A stretch of DNA of 64,000 nucleotides from Synechococcus sp. (GTDB taxonomy: Bacteria > Cyanobacteriota > Cyanobacteriia > PCC-6307 > Cyanobiaceae), in NCBI GenBank assembly GCA_047284725.1, contig JBJBEO010000001.1:64001-128000 (forward strand), written 5' to 3'. Within the stretch, counting starts at the first letter, position 1; every line of letters begins with the position of its first letter. This document shows positions 1 through 11,248 of this stretch, piece after piece. The notes beneath the pieces are model-generated. The model ran no database searches. It had not been told where the DNA came from and saw only the letters and a list, made by a program, of their open reading frames with translations. A program made the position numbers and the translations under genes.

Positions 1-983
1 AGACTGGTCACCCGCACACCTGTGCGACTGACGCCGCGGGCCAGGGCATCGGCGATGGCTGCGGTATTGCCATAGGCGCTGGCAAACAGCAAGGCAACCG
101 TGAGGCTCGCGTTCTGCAGTCCTTCTCCCCAGCGGCGGTAGTCGTTCAGCAGACTGCGCCAGCTGGCTTCGATAGCAGGACCATGCCCGGGTGCGATCGT
201 GCGGATGTCGAGTTCTTCCAGGCGTTCCACCACGGCATCCACCTGGCTGGCCATCGATGCCATCAGGGAGTCGTAGAAGTGGCGCCGTTCCTCCTCGGTC
301 GCGCTGCGTCCGGTTTCCGCCCACTCAGCCGTGCAGAGGTGAGCCGAAAAAAGCTTGTCGCTCATCAGCAGACCCTCGCTTTCCTCGAAGGCGAGCAGGC
401 CGCCAGGCCATCGGGGTGTGGGGGCGGGGAGGAGATGCAGGGTGTGTCCGTGGCTCAACGCGAGGGTGTCCTCATGACGGATCACCTGCAGCGTGGGTAG
501 TGACGGCAGCGGTGGTCGGTTGTCGACTTCCCCTGGAGGGAGGGGCTTGCGCTGCTGCCAGAGCTCCTCAAGCAGCTTCGCTCCCGGGTTGGAGCAGATC
601 AGGCTCAGTTGGGGATAGACCTCGGCCAGGCTGCGCAGAAGGGCGACCCGGTTGGGATTCACGTGACCCACCACCACCAGCAGTTCACTGCAGTTGCCGG
701 GGAGGGCGGCGGCCAGGGCCGGCAGAAACACATCGGCGTAGGCCGCACCGGGGGGGTGCACCAACACAGCCGCCTGTTGATGACCTGTCGTGTCGAGGCC
801 TGCTGCAAACAGGAAGCTGTTGGCGGTGCTGCCCCGCTCGAGCGCGTATTCAAGTTCGAAACGCAGGCGCTGAGGGCTGAGGCCCCGCAGGCTGATCAGT
901 CCATCGCTCACCGGCAGGGTGATCACCTGTCGAGCATCACTGCTGCTGGGCTGCTGCGGTGTGGAGGCCATCGCGCTCACCAT
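1..983 (-). CDS. flv1: Flavodiiron protein Flv1-type (5' part only; runs off the window start)
   Basis: Manual translation from ATG 983 (TGATG overlap with the flv3 stop) gives ...LRGLSPQRLRFELEYALERGSTANSFLF...VVGHVNPNRVALL. The non-canonical H-x-N-P-N-R metal motif is typical of Flv1/Flv2. Missing from the ORF track because there is no stop in the window. Confidence 0.88.
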   Translation of the reverse strand, partial: MVSAMASTPQQPSSSDARQVITLPVSDGLISLRGLSPQRLRFELEYALERGSTANSFLFAAGLDTTGHQQAAVLVHPPGAAYADVFLPALAAALPGNCSELLVVVGHVNPNRVALLRSLAEVYPQLSLICSNPGAKLLEELWQQRKPLPPGEVDNRPPLPSLPTLQVIRHEDTLALSHGHTLHLLPAPTPRWPGGLLAFEESEGLLMSDKLFSAHLCTAEWAETGRSATEEERRHFYDSLMASMASQVDAVVERLEELDIRTIAPGHGPAIEASWRSLLNDYRRWGEGLQNASLTVALLFASAYGNTAAIADALARGVSRTGVRVTS

Positions 984-2755
984 CAGTAGTGGTTCCCCAC
1001 TTTGCGGTGGTGCACGGCGGTCGTCGCTTCGGTGTCGGCCACGTTGCCCTGTTCCACGATGGCGTAGATGATCCAGTGATCGGGCCCCTCCATGCGTTGC
1101 TCCACGCGGCAGCCCAGATAGGCCAGGGCGTCGCTCAGGACGGGACCTCCATCGGCGACAGTTTCAAGGATGCTGATCCCCTCAAAACGATCGGCCCCTG
1201 GCGGGAAGCGTTTGAGGAAATGGCGCAGCAGCGGTTGGTGATTGTCCTCCCGCAGCACATTCAGCACAAACCGATCCCCCACCTGCATCAGGGCTTCAAT
1301 CGCACGATCTTTGGCCACGGCCACGGTGAGCCCTGGCGGATGGAAGCTGGCCTGGCTCACCCAGCTGGCCACCATGGCGCTGCGTCGAAGGGTTTCGCCT
1401 TCCCCCTGACTCGCCGTCACGACGTAAAGACCTCCGCTGAGACGGCCCAGGGCTTTGTCGAGGTCGCCATCCAAGCTTTTCATGGCCGCGATCGTTTTCT
1501 CGCGCGTCAGCAGCTGGCCGAGGTCAGTTCCCGACTCCTCGCAGCGCTGGTAGTCGGCACCCGACGGCAACTGTCGGATGCGTAGAGGGGCAAAGGCCTC
1601 CTTCTGGCCCTGGCTGCGCAGCTGGCCAGCAACCGAATCGATCGGCTCATCGTTGCCACCGAAGGCGTCGTAGACCCCCACCCACTGTTTGCTGTGCAGG
1701 GCGGCCAGCAGAGTGCCGATGGAACTTTGCAGCTCGCTGTCAGGCGAGGCTGGCCACGTGGGCACCACCACAGCCTTGGCTTCACCGATCAACGCCGTGA
1801 GTTCCTGGGGGTCAGTGGCCCTCAGATCCACCAGCTGCACCTGGGCCTCGGCCTTGCCGATGCCGTGGGCGATGGCCTGGCTGATGCGATCGGCGAAACC
1901 GTACTGACTGAGATAACAGACGGCGGCATAGCTCTCACCCTTACTCCGCTGGCCGCTCCAGTCGCGGTAGTCGCTGATCCAGTGCTGTAGGTGTTCACGC
2001 AGCAGAGGGCCATGGCCGACGGCGATGGTGTTGATCGTCGGCAGGCCATCCATGCGTTTGAGAGCCTGCAGAACGCTGCGGGCGTTCGGTCCCATCAAAC
2101 AGTCGTAATAGAACCGGAAGTCGGGAGCGATCGCGCCGGGATCGCTGTCGAACACGGCATCGGAGCAGTAATGCAGGCCGAAGGCATCGCAGGTGTAGAG
2201 GATGCCGCTGCCATGGTCGAAGGAGAAGATCGTGTCGGGCCAGTGCAGGTTGGGGGCACTGAGGAACTCGAACTGGTGATGGACGCCGCTTTCAGGGTTG
2301 GTGCCCAGATCGAGTTCCTCACCGCTCTTGACTGCCCGGGAGTTGAACGGCCGGTGCACCTGGTTTTCCAGGAACTGGATCGCCACCTTGGAGGCCACGA
2401 TTTCGATCTCGGGGTTCAGGTCCAGCAGGTCACCGATCAGGCCGGAATGATCCGGTTCGGTGTGGCTGACGATCAGCACATCAATCGCTTTGGGATCAAT
2501 CTGCGCCTTGAGCAGGGGGATCCAGGTGTCGCGGAATTTGGCGTGACTGGTGTCAATCAGCGCCGTGCGCTCACCTCGCACCAGGAAGCTGTTGTAGGTG
2601 GTGCCGTTGCGCAGGCCGAACTCGATGTCAAAGCGGCTGCGATCCCAATCGAGCGAGCGGATGGTGACGGTGTCATCGGCGATGACCTCGCATTGCAGCG
2701 ACAGGCGAGGGGCTGCAGTGGAGGGATCTGTGCTGTTCAGGCTTGCCGTGACCAT
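983..2755 (-). CDS. flv3: Flavodiiron protein Flv3 (metallo-beta-lactamase, flavodoxin and flavin reductase domains)
   Basis: RSLDWDRSRFDIEFGLRNGTTYNS, canonical SHTEPDHSG and LHWPD motifs, C-terminal flavin reductase ending HHRKVGNHY. Start is ATG 2755 or TTG 2761. Confidence 0.92.
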   Translation of the reverse strand: MVTASLNSTDPSTAAPRLSLQCEVIADDTVTIRSLDWDRSRFDIEFGLRNGTTYNSFLVRGERTALIDTSHAKFRDTWIPLLKAQIDPKAIDVLIVSHTEPDHSGLIGDLLDLNPEIEIVASKVAIQFLENQVHRPFNSRAVKSGEELDLGTNPESGVHHQFEFLSAPNLHWPDTIFSFDHGSGILYTCDAFGLHYCSDAVFDSDPGAIAPDFRFYYDCLMGPNARSVLQALKRMDGLPTINTIAVGHGPLLREHLQHWISDYRDWSGQRSKGESYAAVCYLSQYGFADRISQAIAHGIGKAEAQVQLVDLRATDPQELTALIGEAKAVVVPTWPASPDSELQSSIGTLLAALHSKQWVGVYDAFGGNDEPIDSVAGQLRSQGQKEAFAPLRIRQLPSGADYQRCEESGTDLGQLLTREKTIAAMKSLDGDLDKALGRLSGGLYVVTASQGEGETLRRSAMVASWVSQASFHPPGLTVAVAKDRAIEALMQVGDRFVLNVLREDNHQPLLRHFLKRFPPGADRFEGISILETVADGGPVLSDALAYLGCRVEQRMEGPDHWIIYAIVEQGNVADTEATTAVHHRKVGNHY

Positions 2756-2792
2756 GACCAAAACGCGCTCAAATTGAACTCTACGGAGATCG

Positions 2793-4180
<1,388 letters not shown>

Positions 4181-4184
<4 letters not shown>

Positions 4185-4756
4185 AACGTCGGTCCTCCGT
4201 TGTCTTCCCCGCGGCTGGGTGACGGCGCAGCGGCGCCGTTCTGAAGGGTGGTGCCCAGACGCAACGCCTCGGCGATCCCCTGCAGACCCAGCAGCAGAAA
4301 CCCAAGCGGTATCAGGGACTTCACCCAGGTACGCGGCAGGCCTCCCGGATCGGGCGAGAGCTCCCCGATGCTCCAGGAGCGCAGGGCGGGGTCGATGGAA
4401 ATGGCCATGACTCCGAAGGCGAAGGGCAGCAGCAGCAACAGGAGGCTGTTCAGCTCCACACGTCGCCGACGCCTGGGCGACCAGCGGTTCTGCAGCACAT
4501 CCACCCGCACGTGCCCATCCTTCCGGAGGGTCCAGCCCATCCCGAGCAGAAAGATCAGATCGAAGAGATACCACTGCGCTTCGATCAGGCCATTGGAGCT
4601 CAGGTTGAGACCAAGGCCTGAGCCCAGATAGCGACCGATCACGTTCCAGATTCCGACCGCCAGCATCACCAACACGGCCCAGCGGGCCAGCCAGGCAGCT
4701 CCGGCGTTGACGCGATCGATGAGCTGGACGAGGGCCGCCACCAACGATCGCGTCAT
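4181..4756 (-). CDS. dctQ: TRAP transporter small permease DctQ
   Basis: About 4 TM segments, EAQWYLF and HVRVD motifs, located between dctP and dctM with 4-bp overlaps. Confidence 0.88.
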
Positions 4757-5877
4757 CCTGCGACCCTCGCGGAGCGTGCGCTGAACTGGGCCAGGGGCAG
4801 TTCGTTGATGCGGTTCCAGTTCTGCGTCGCGTCGCGGAACAGTCGCCAGCGTTCGAGCAGATCCCGGAAGCTCGGACTCTGCGCGGCCAGATCGGCAAAC
4901 ATGGCGCTGGAGGCCTCAGCCGCTGCTTCAAGAATGTCGTTGCTGTAGGCCTCGAGCCTGATGCCCTGTCGCTGCAGCTTGAGCAGGGCCTGGCTGTTGC
5001 GCTGTTCGTATTTGCTGTGCATGCTCAGATTCGATTCGTAGCAGGCGGTGCTGAACATCTCCTGGTACTCCCTCGGCAGCTGCGACCAGGCTTTGCGGTT
5101 GACCAGGGCCATCAGCGTCGGCCCCGGTTCCCACCAGCCTGGGTAGTAGTAGTAAGGCGCTGCCTTCGGCAGGCCCAGCTTGTCGTCGTCGTAGGGCCCT
5201 GTGAACTCAGCCGCATCGATGGCTCCCCGTTCGAGCGCCAGGTAAATCTCTCCACCGGGCAGAACCTGCACATTGACGCCGAGGCTGGCCATCACCTTTC
5301 CCCCCAGCCCGGGGATGCGCATTTTCAGCCCCTTGAGGGACGCCAGGCCTTCGATCGGACGTTTGAACCATCCCCCCATCTGGGCACCGGTGTTGCCCGC
5401 CGGAAAGCTTGTCGTTCCGAAATCAGCGAACAGCTCGTCCATCGCTTCCTGACCACCTCCGTAGTAGAGCCAGGCGTTCTGCTGAAGGGCGGTGAGGCCG
5501 AAGGGCACTGCCGTTCCGAACGCAAAGGCCGGGTTCTTGCCCACGTAGTAGTAACTGGCGGTGTGGCCACACTCCACCGAGCCCGCCTGCACTGCATCCA
5601 GCACCTCCAGCCCCGGCACGATTTCGCCTGCGGCAAAGGGCTCGATCCTGAAGGCACCACCCGTCATGGCGGCGACCCGCTCGCAGATGGTGGTGGCACC
5701 GCCGTAGATCGTGTCGAGGGACACCGGCCAGCTGGTCGCCATGCGCCAGCGCACCTGAGGGAGCCCACCGCTGCGACTGGTTTCGGCACGACGGATCGTG
5801 CAGGCGCTGAGGGCTCCGGCTCCAGCAGCAGCGGCGATCGCTTGTCCACTGCTCCGGAGCAGCTGCCGACGTTGCAT
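4753..5877 (-). CDS. dctP: TRAP substrate-binding protein DctP (TakP-like), Tat-type signal
   Basis: MQRRQLL N-terminus, WRMATSWP, GLKMRIPGLGG and YYPGWWEPG. Start placed at ATG 5877 (alternative 5892). Confidence 0.9.
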   Translation of the reverse strand: MQRRQLLRSSGQAIAAAAGAGALSACTIRRAETSRSGGLPQVRWRMATSWPVSLDTIYGGATTICERVAAMTGGAFRIEPFAAGEIVPGLEVLDAVQAGSVECGHTASYYYVGKNPAFAFGTAVPFGLTALQQNAWLYYGGGQEAMDELFADFGTTSFPAGNTGAQMGGWFKRPIEGLASLKGLKMRIPGLGGKVMASLGVNVQVLPGGEIYLALERGAIDAAEFTGPYDDDKLGLPKAAPYYYYPGWWEPGPTLMALVNRKAWSQLPREYQEMFSTACYESNLSMHSKYEQRNSQALLKLQRQGIRLEAYSNDILEAAAEASSAMFADLAAQSPSFRDLLERWRLFRDATQNWNRINELPLAQFSARSARVAG

Positions 5878-5964
5878 GGCGTGCTCCTGCATAGGTCGCC
5901 GGGAAGGCGACGTGGCTTGCTGGCACCTTATCGATGCTGCACAGCAGCACTTTGTCTTTGTGGC

Positions 5965-5993
5965 AAAAAAAAGCCCTCCGCTGTGCGAAGGGC
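5965..5993 (-). terminator. Rho-independent terminator of hsp20
   Basis: Minus strand reads GCCCTTCGC-ACA-GCGGAGGGC followed by T8. Confidence 0.85.
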
Positions 5994-6046
5994 CCAACCG
6001 TTGTTGTTGCTGGGGCTGGTGTGAGCGTGGCGTCGTTGCACCACGA

Positions 6047-6478
6047 TCAGCTTTCAACCTGCACAGACACGGTGGTGCGGTTGTCGGCTTTGACGGCATG
6101 GATTGCAAGGATGCCGTCGCGGTAGGTGGCCCGCAGTTGATCCCGATCCAGCGGTTGGGCGAAGCGGAAGCTGCGGCTCCAGGTGCCGGGACGGAACTCA
6201 CTGAGGAGCTGTTGGGTGGGGTTGGTAGCTGCTGCTGGGTCGGCGGCGCTGGTGTCGGCAGCGTCCGGCTTGGCAGGGCGTCGTTCAGCACTGATCACCA
6301 GGGTGCGATCGGTGGCCTTCACGTCAATCGAGTCGCGATCGACGCCCGGCAGTTCGAGACGAACGGTGTAACCGTTGGCATCCTCAAGAACTTCCGCAGC
6401 AGGCACCCGTTCAGCCTGGGCCACCTGTTGCTCGAGGCGGTCGAAAAGATCGAAGGGAGATTGGCGAAGCGTGATCAT
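6047..6478 (-). CDS. hspA: Small heat shock protein, Hsp20/alpha-crystallin family
   Basis: MITLRQSPFDLFDRLEQ...LELPGVDRDSIDV...ATYRDGILAI. A GGAGA Shine-Dalgarno lies upstream of ATG 6478. Confidence 0.9.
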   Translation of the reverse strand: MITLRQSPFDLFDRLEQQVAQAERVPAAEVLEDANGYTVRLELPGVDRDSIDVKATDRTLVISAERRPAKPDAADTSAADPAAATNPTQQLLSEFRPGTWSRSFRFAQPLDRDQLRATYRDGILAIHAVKADNRTTVSVQVES

Positions 6479-6583
6479 GGATGGTTCTCCAAAGGGTGGA
6501 AACAAACGGGGTGTTCGTGTCACCCGCAATGCCAATCTGTGCTGGCTGGATTGATCTGAGGAGGGGGACAACCGTCCTTTTCG

Positions 6584-6608
6584 GTTCGGTCTTAACGGCT
6601 GAGTTCGG
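6584..6608. promoter_or_regulatory. Two GTTCGG elements (K-box/Rre1-type heat-shock half sites) upstream of hsp20
   Basis: GTTCGG at 6584-6589 and 6603-6608, about 105-130 bp upstream of the hsp20 start. Confidence 0.45.
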
Positions 6609-6647
6609 TTCCTACGAGTGCATTGGTGTGTCAACCGAAAAGACATC

Positions 6648-7151
6648 TCACTCAGAGTTGGCTGTATCAATCCACCACCAGCTGGAGAAGCTGGCGGCTT
6701 GGCCACAACGGCACCCTTGTTCATCCCAAAGGCTCCAGATGCGGGCATTGTTAATCACAAACTGGCGACCGTCGCGATCAATGCGAATGCCGCTGTAGCC
6801 GCGATAAGCATCGCGATGCCGTGCGCGATCGAGGGCGTTGGCCCGCTCCTTGCGCTCCTGCTCCGGTGCGGTGAGTCGGGAGGGCATGCCCACCATCTGT
6901 GTCCAAGGGCGGCACCAGAGCTGGAGGGCCGCGGCGTTGGCATACACCAGTCGGGGATCGGGGTGGCCGTGATGGGCCAGGACGGGGCTGGAGAAGGCAA
7001 ACAGCTCCTGCGCGGTGCTCGCTGCGGCCAGCCAACCTGGTTGCTCACCCGCCAGGAGGGAACGCCCGAAGGCTCTTCGGTGGGATGTCTGAATGATCCC
7101 TGCCCACCGGCGTGCCTCAGGAGTGAGCCAGGGAGCGTTGGCTTCAGCCAC
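6648..7151 (-). CDS. MEKHLA (PAS-like) domain protein
   Basis: DPRLVYANAAALQLW...GMPSRLTA...GYSGIRID.DGRQF.I...IW...G...GQAASF is the bacterial MEKHLA pattern. Confidence 0.85.
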   Translation of the reverse strand: MAEANAPWLTPEARRWAGIIQTSHRRAFGRSLLAGEQPGWLAAASTAQELFAFSSPVLAHHGHPDPRLVYANAAALQLWCRPWTQMVGMPSRLTAPEQERKERANALDRARHRDAYRGYSGIRIDRDGRQFVINNARIWSLWDEQGCRCGQAASFSSWWWIDTANSE

Positions 7152-8061
7152 CGCCAGCGGTCATGGCGGCCAACATGGCCTGCTGACCCAGGGTCTGGCC
7201 CTGGTCGCGGAGATGCTGGAGGAATTGCTGCTTGGCGTCGGGGAAGCGCGGCTCTTCAGCCAGGGGCAGCTCACCGGCGGCATCCAGGCCTGTGTCTCCT
7301 TCCATCGCTGGGGTGATCACCACCAGGTCGCTATCGAGGCTGGCGTCGTAACGCCACCACAGGCTGGGGTCGAGCACTGCGGGGTGGGGCGGTGTGGGTT
7401 GGTCCTGTTCGTCTGGTGCGTGGTTGCTCGCCTTGGGTGATGCGGCGGGTTCTTTCTCCTCGGCCGCGGCCTCGGCGCGGGCCTCAAGGGACCTGCGGCG
7501 GTAGTCCGCGAGGTCATCCAGCAGCTTGGCGCGGGTGCGTCCCCGCAGCTGAAACAGCACGAACGGGTCTTCACTGAAGCGTTCCCCCATCAGGAAGTAC
7601 ACCGCGCTGATGTGTTTGCAGGGGTTGGCTTTGTCGGGGCAGCTGCACTCGCTGCGCACCTCCTGCAGCTTGAAGGGGAAGAGCCGGCGCCCGCTGGCGG
7701 CAAAGGCCCGTTCGATGTCTGCAGGCATGATCCCAGCCAGCAACTGGGCTGACCAGCGGGCTTTCTGGGTGAGGGCCTCGAGCACATAGCGCCAGTCCTC
7801 GTCGTTGAGCACGTCGAGCCAGAGCTTCACCTTGTAGGGGTCCTCGCCGGTGCCCTGCACCCGGGCATGGACCCGCCGACCTTCGAAACGAATCGAGGTG
7901 ACGTTGCCTTCGCGGGCGTAGGTCCAGGCCCGCTCCAGCCGTTTTTTGAAGCGGTAGGAGTTGATCAGCTCCATCCACTGCTCCACCCACCAGGGCTGCT
8001 GGCCAAGGCCCTCATCGCCGAGGGAGGTGTTGATGCCGTGGGTGGAAGGGGTGATGGTCAT
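7144..8061 (-). CDS. SWIM zinc-finger protein
   Basis: CSCPDKANPCKH SWIM motif and EDPFVLFQLRG; adjacent to a SNF2 gene. Confidence 0.9.
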   Translation of the reverse strand: MTITPSTHGINTSLGDEGLGQQPWWVEQWMELINSYRFKKRLERAWTYAREGNVTSIRFEGRRVHARVQGTGEDPYKVKLWLDVLNDEDWRYVLEALTQKARWSAQLLAGIMPADIERAFAASGRRLFPFKLQEVRSECSCPDKANPCKHISAVYFLMGERFSEDPFVLFQLRGRTRAKLLDDLADYRRRSLEARAEAAAEEKEPAASPKASNHAPDEQDQPTPPHPAVLDPSLWWRYDASLDSDLVVITPAMEGDTGLDAAGELPLAEEPRFPDAKQQFLQHLRDQGQTLGQQAMLAAMTAGGG

Positions 8062-8065
8062 GGAA

Positions 8066-11000
8066 TCAAGTGGCTTCGAGGCTCACCAGTTCTTTCAGCT
8101 GACCCATATCAAGCCCGCCGAGCCAATCTTCGCCTGAGCCAATGATGTCTTCTGCGAGACGTGATTTCTCGCGGATCATGCGGTCGATCTTCTCTTCCAC
8201 GGAGCCGCTGGTGATGAATTTATGCACCATCACCCGGTTGGTCTGTCCGATTCGGTAGGCGCGGTCGGTGGCCTGGTTCTCCACAGCTGGATTCCACCAG
8301 CGGTCGATGTGGAACACATGGCTGGCGCGGGTGAGGTTGAGGCCAACGCCGCCTGCCTTGAGGGAGAGCAGGAACAGCTGCGGGCCGCGGGGGTCTTCCT
8401 GAAACCGGTCCACCATGGCCTGACGCTCGCTTTTGCTGGTGCTGCCGCTGAGGAAGGGCACTTCGCTGCGCCACCGCCGTTGCAGGTAGCCCTGCAGCAG
8501 ATGTCCCCATTCCGCGAACTGGGTGAACAGCAGGGCTCGATCGCCTGCTTCGATCACTTCGTCGAGGATTTCCTCCAGCCGTTGCAACTTGGCGGAACGC
8601 TGGAGAAAGTCATCGTCGGCGGCCTCTTCCTTCAGGGCAAGGGCGGGATGGTTGCAGATCTGCTTCAGCTTGGTGAGCAGGCCCAGCACCTGGCCATGGC
8701 GTTTGCCGCGCGGTGCCCTGGCGATGGAATCGAGGGTGTCTTCCACGGTTTTGGCGTAGAGCGATTTCTGCTCTTTGCTCAAACCCACCCATTCGCTTAG
8801 TTCCACCTTTTCTGGCAGGTCGGAAATGATCGCCTTGTCGGTTTTCAGGCGTCGCATGATGAAGGGGCCAACACGCGATTTCAGATCCCGCAGCGACGAC
8901 ATGTCGCCATAGCGCTCGATCGGCATGCGGTAGCGCTGGCGGAAGAAGTCTTCTTCCCCCAGGACGCGCGGGTTGAGGAAGTCCATCAGGGCCCAGAGTT
9001 CACTGACGCGGTTCTCCACCGGTGTGCCGGTGAGGGCGATACGGAAGCGGCTGTTGCGGCCCGGTCGCGCCAGGTCGCGGGCGGCCATGCTCTGTTTGGC
9101 ACTGGGGTTTTTGATCGCCTGGGCCTCATCGATCACCATGCCCTGCCAGTCCAGGCTTTCCAGTAGTTCGCTGTCCCGTTGCAGCAGGCCATAGCTGGTG
9201 AGCACCAGATCCACCCCTTTGAGGGCTTTTTTTAGGGTTGCCGGGGTGGAGGGGCGGCGGGGGCCATAGTGCTCTTTCACCTCCAGTTCAGGGGTGAAGG
9301 CAGCTGCTTCGCGCTTCCAGTTGGTGAGCACGGAGGTGGGCGCCACCAGCAGCACCGGCCGTTTCAGTTCCTGCTCAGCTTTCAGGTGCTGCAGGAAGGC
9401 CAGCAGCTGAATGGTTTTGCCCAGGCCCATGTCGTCGGCCAGACAGGCGCCCTGATCGAAGCGGTGCAGGAAGGACAGCCAGCCCAAGCCCCGTTCCTGA
9501 TAGGGCCGCAGTTGTCCGCAGAACCCTTCCGGTGCTGGCAGGGGATCCGGTGCTTTCTGCTGGTGGTATTGCTCCAGCACCGCCTGCAGGCGCGGTCCTG
9601 CCTCGAGGCGATGCACCGGCATGCGCATCAGGGTGTCGCCTTCTGACGCTGTGAGCCTCAAGGCGTCATCGAGGCTGAGGTCCGGTTTGGCGGCAAAGAA
9701 TTTTTCGGCGTTCTTGAGGTCGTTGGGTCGCAGCTCGATCCAGGCCCCTTTGTGGCGCACCAGGGGGCTGCGTTTGCCCGCCAGCCGCTCGAGTTCCCGC
9801 AGCGTCAGGGTGACGCCGCCGATCATCAGCTCCCACTCCCAGTCGAGGGGTTCGCCCAGGGTGAATCCCCGGGATTTCTCCGGCAGTTCCGCTTTGATCG
9901 ACAGGCCGAGGCGGCTGGCCAGGCCACCGGAGAGGCTGGGGGGAAGTTCCACGCCCACGCCCACATCACGGAGCTGGCGGGCGGCGGTGCGCACCAGCAC
10001 AAAGGCCTCCGCAGGGGTGAGCTGCATCGCTTCGGGTGTGGAGCTGTCAAGGCCTCGCGCGATCGGTTCGAACACCGTGAGGGCCCGGCCCATGCCCTCC
10101 AGCAGCAATTCGCCGGGATGCTCCACGGCGATTTCTCCAAGTTGCAGGCCTTCAATGCCTGCGGCCCAGGCCACGCCTGCCGGCACCTTCAAGGTGGGGT
10201 CTGCTTCAGCCTGCAAAGAGAAACGCAGCGTCCAGAGGTCGTCCCCCTCGGCAGGGGTCTCGAGCTCGAGGCAGGCGCGGGCGGCGGCCACATTGCCGGC
10301 GACACCCTCCCGCCAGTGGTGGCTCGCGGTGGCGAGGCGTTCCGCGTCCTCGTCGCCAAGATGAATCACACCGGTGTCGGAGCCGAGGGCCTCCTGCCAG
10401 GCACTGAGCAGGGGATCCAGTCCTTCGGTGTCGGGGGTGAAGCCGGAGCGCAGCTGGGCGTCCACCAGGTCTTCCAACAGCGTGGCGACCCTCAGGCGTC
10501 CGCTGCGGGGGCGACAGCTGGCCACAGGGTTGGCGGCGCGCATCGCTTCCGGTCGCAGCCGTGTGGTGCGGTTGCTGCGCCGGCCGGTGGGTTCACGCCA
10601 GGGCAGGGCGCAGGTGGCCACCAGTGGCAGCCGCGCAGCGAGGTCCTCGAGTCGCCGTCGGTCGTCTTCACGGTTCAGCAGGGGCACCCAGCGGGCTCGG
10701 TGGGGGTAGCCCTCTCCTCGGCTCAGTTCCACCTGGGGAATCCAGCGCCCCCGGGCGATCAGGCTCAGGGCCCAGCGCTGCATGTGACTCCACCAGCGCA
10801 GTTCATCAGCCAGGTCGGGGTGGCGGCCGGAGAGGGGGAGTTTCGACAGCCAGGCTGTGGCTGCGCCGGGTTCGACGGCGAGGCCTTGCACCTGCCACGG
10901 CCACCACTGGATCTGTTTGGGGATCGGTTCGCCCGCCTGCAGAGGCAGGCCTGTCCAGCCTTCGGTGTCCGGGGCGGGCTCGCCTCGTTTCCGTTTCGGT

Positions 11001-11248
11001 TTCACCGTGCGGCTGGGCAGCGTGAGACAGGCGGTGGCATCGATGATGCCTTGAGGCAACAGGTCGCGTTCGCTCAGCCAGGCCCGCAGGTCTTCCGGGC
11101 TGAGGGTGAAGGGATGGGTGGCTGGCGTGATGCCGGGGCCTGCCGGTTCAGCCACCCGCCAGGTGTCAGCCCACACCAGCAGCGCCGGACGTCCGGAACT
11201 GGTGGGAGTACGGATGGCGGGGAGCCAGGTGGCGTGCAGCAGGCTCAT
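8066..11248 (-). CDS. SNF2/SWI2-family helicase-like ATPase
   Basis: LRPYQ, LADDMGLGKT, DEAQ, LTGTPVEN, GGVGLNL and QATDRAYRIGQ. Start placed at MSLLHATW (ATGA overlap with the upstream gene). Confidence 0.93.
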   Translation of the reverse strand: MSLLHATWLPAIRTPTSSGRPALLVWADTWRVAEPAGPGITPATHPFTLSPEDLRAWLSERDLLPQGIIDATACLTLPSRTVKPKRKRGEPAPDTEGWTGLPLQAGEPIPKQIQWWPWQVQGLAVEPGAATAWLSKLPLSGRHPDLADELRWWSHMQRWALSLIARGRWIPQVELSRGEGYPHRARWVPLLNREDDRRRLEDLAARLPLVATCALPWREPTGRRSNRTTRLRPEAMRAANPVASCRPRSGRLRVATLLEDLVDAQLRSGFTPDTEGLDPLLSAWQEALGSDTGVIHLGDEDAERLATASHHWREGVAGNVAAARACLELETPAEGDDLWTLRFSLQAEADPTLKVPAGVAWAAGIEGLQLGEIAVEHPGELLLEGMGRALTVFEPIARGLDSSTPEAMQLTPAEAFVLVRTAARQLRDVGVGVELPPSLSGGLASRLGLSIKAELPEKSRGFTLGEPLDWEWELMIGGVTLTLRELERLAGKRSPLVRHKGAWIELRPNDLKNAEKFFAAKPDLSLDDALRLTASEGDTLMRMPVHRLEAGPRLQAVLEQYHQQKAPDPLPAPEGFCGQLRPYQERGLGWLSFLHRFDQGACLADDMGLGKTIQLLAFLQHLKAEQELKRPVLLVAPTSVLTNWKREAAAFTPELEVKEHYGPRRPSTPATLKKALKGVDLVLTSYGLLQRDSELLESLDWQGMVIDEAQAIKNPSAKQSMAARDLARPGRNSRFRIALTGTPVENRVSELWALMDFLNPRVLGEEDFFRQRYRMPIERYGDMSSLRDLKSRVGPFIMRRLKTDKAIISDLPEKVELSEWVGLSKEQKSLYAKTVEDTLDSIARAPRGKRHGQVLGLLTKLKQICNHPALALKEEAADDDFLQRSAKLQRLEEILDEVIEAGDRALLFTQFAEWGHLLQGYLQRRWRSEVPFLSGSTSKSERQAMVDRFQEDPRGPQLFLLSLKAGGVGLNLTRASHVFHIDRWWNPAVENQATDRAYRIGQTNRVMVHKFITSGSVEEKIDRMIREKSRLAEDIIGSGEDWLGGLDMGQLKELVSLEAT

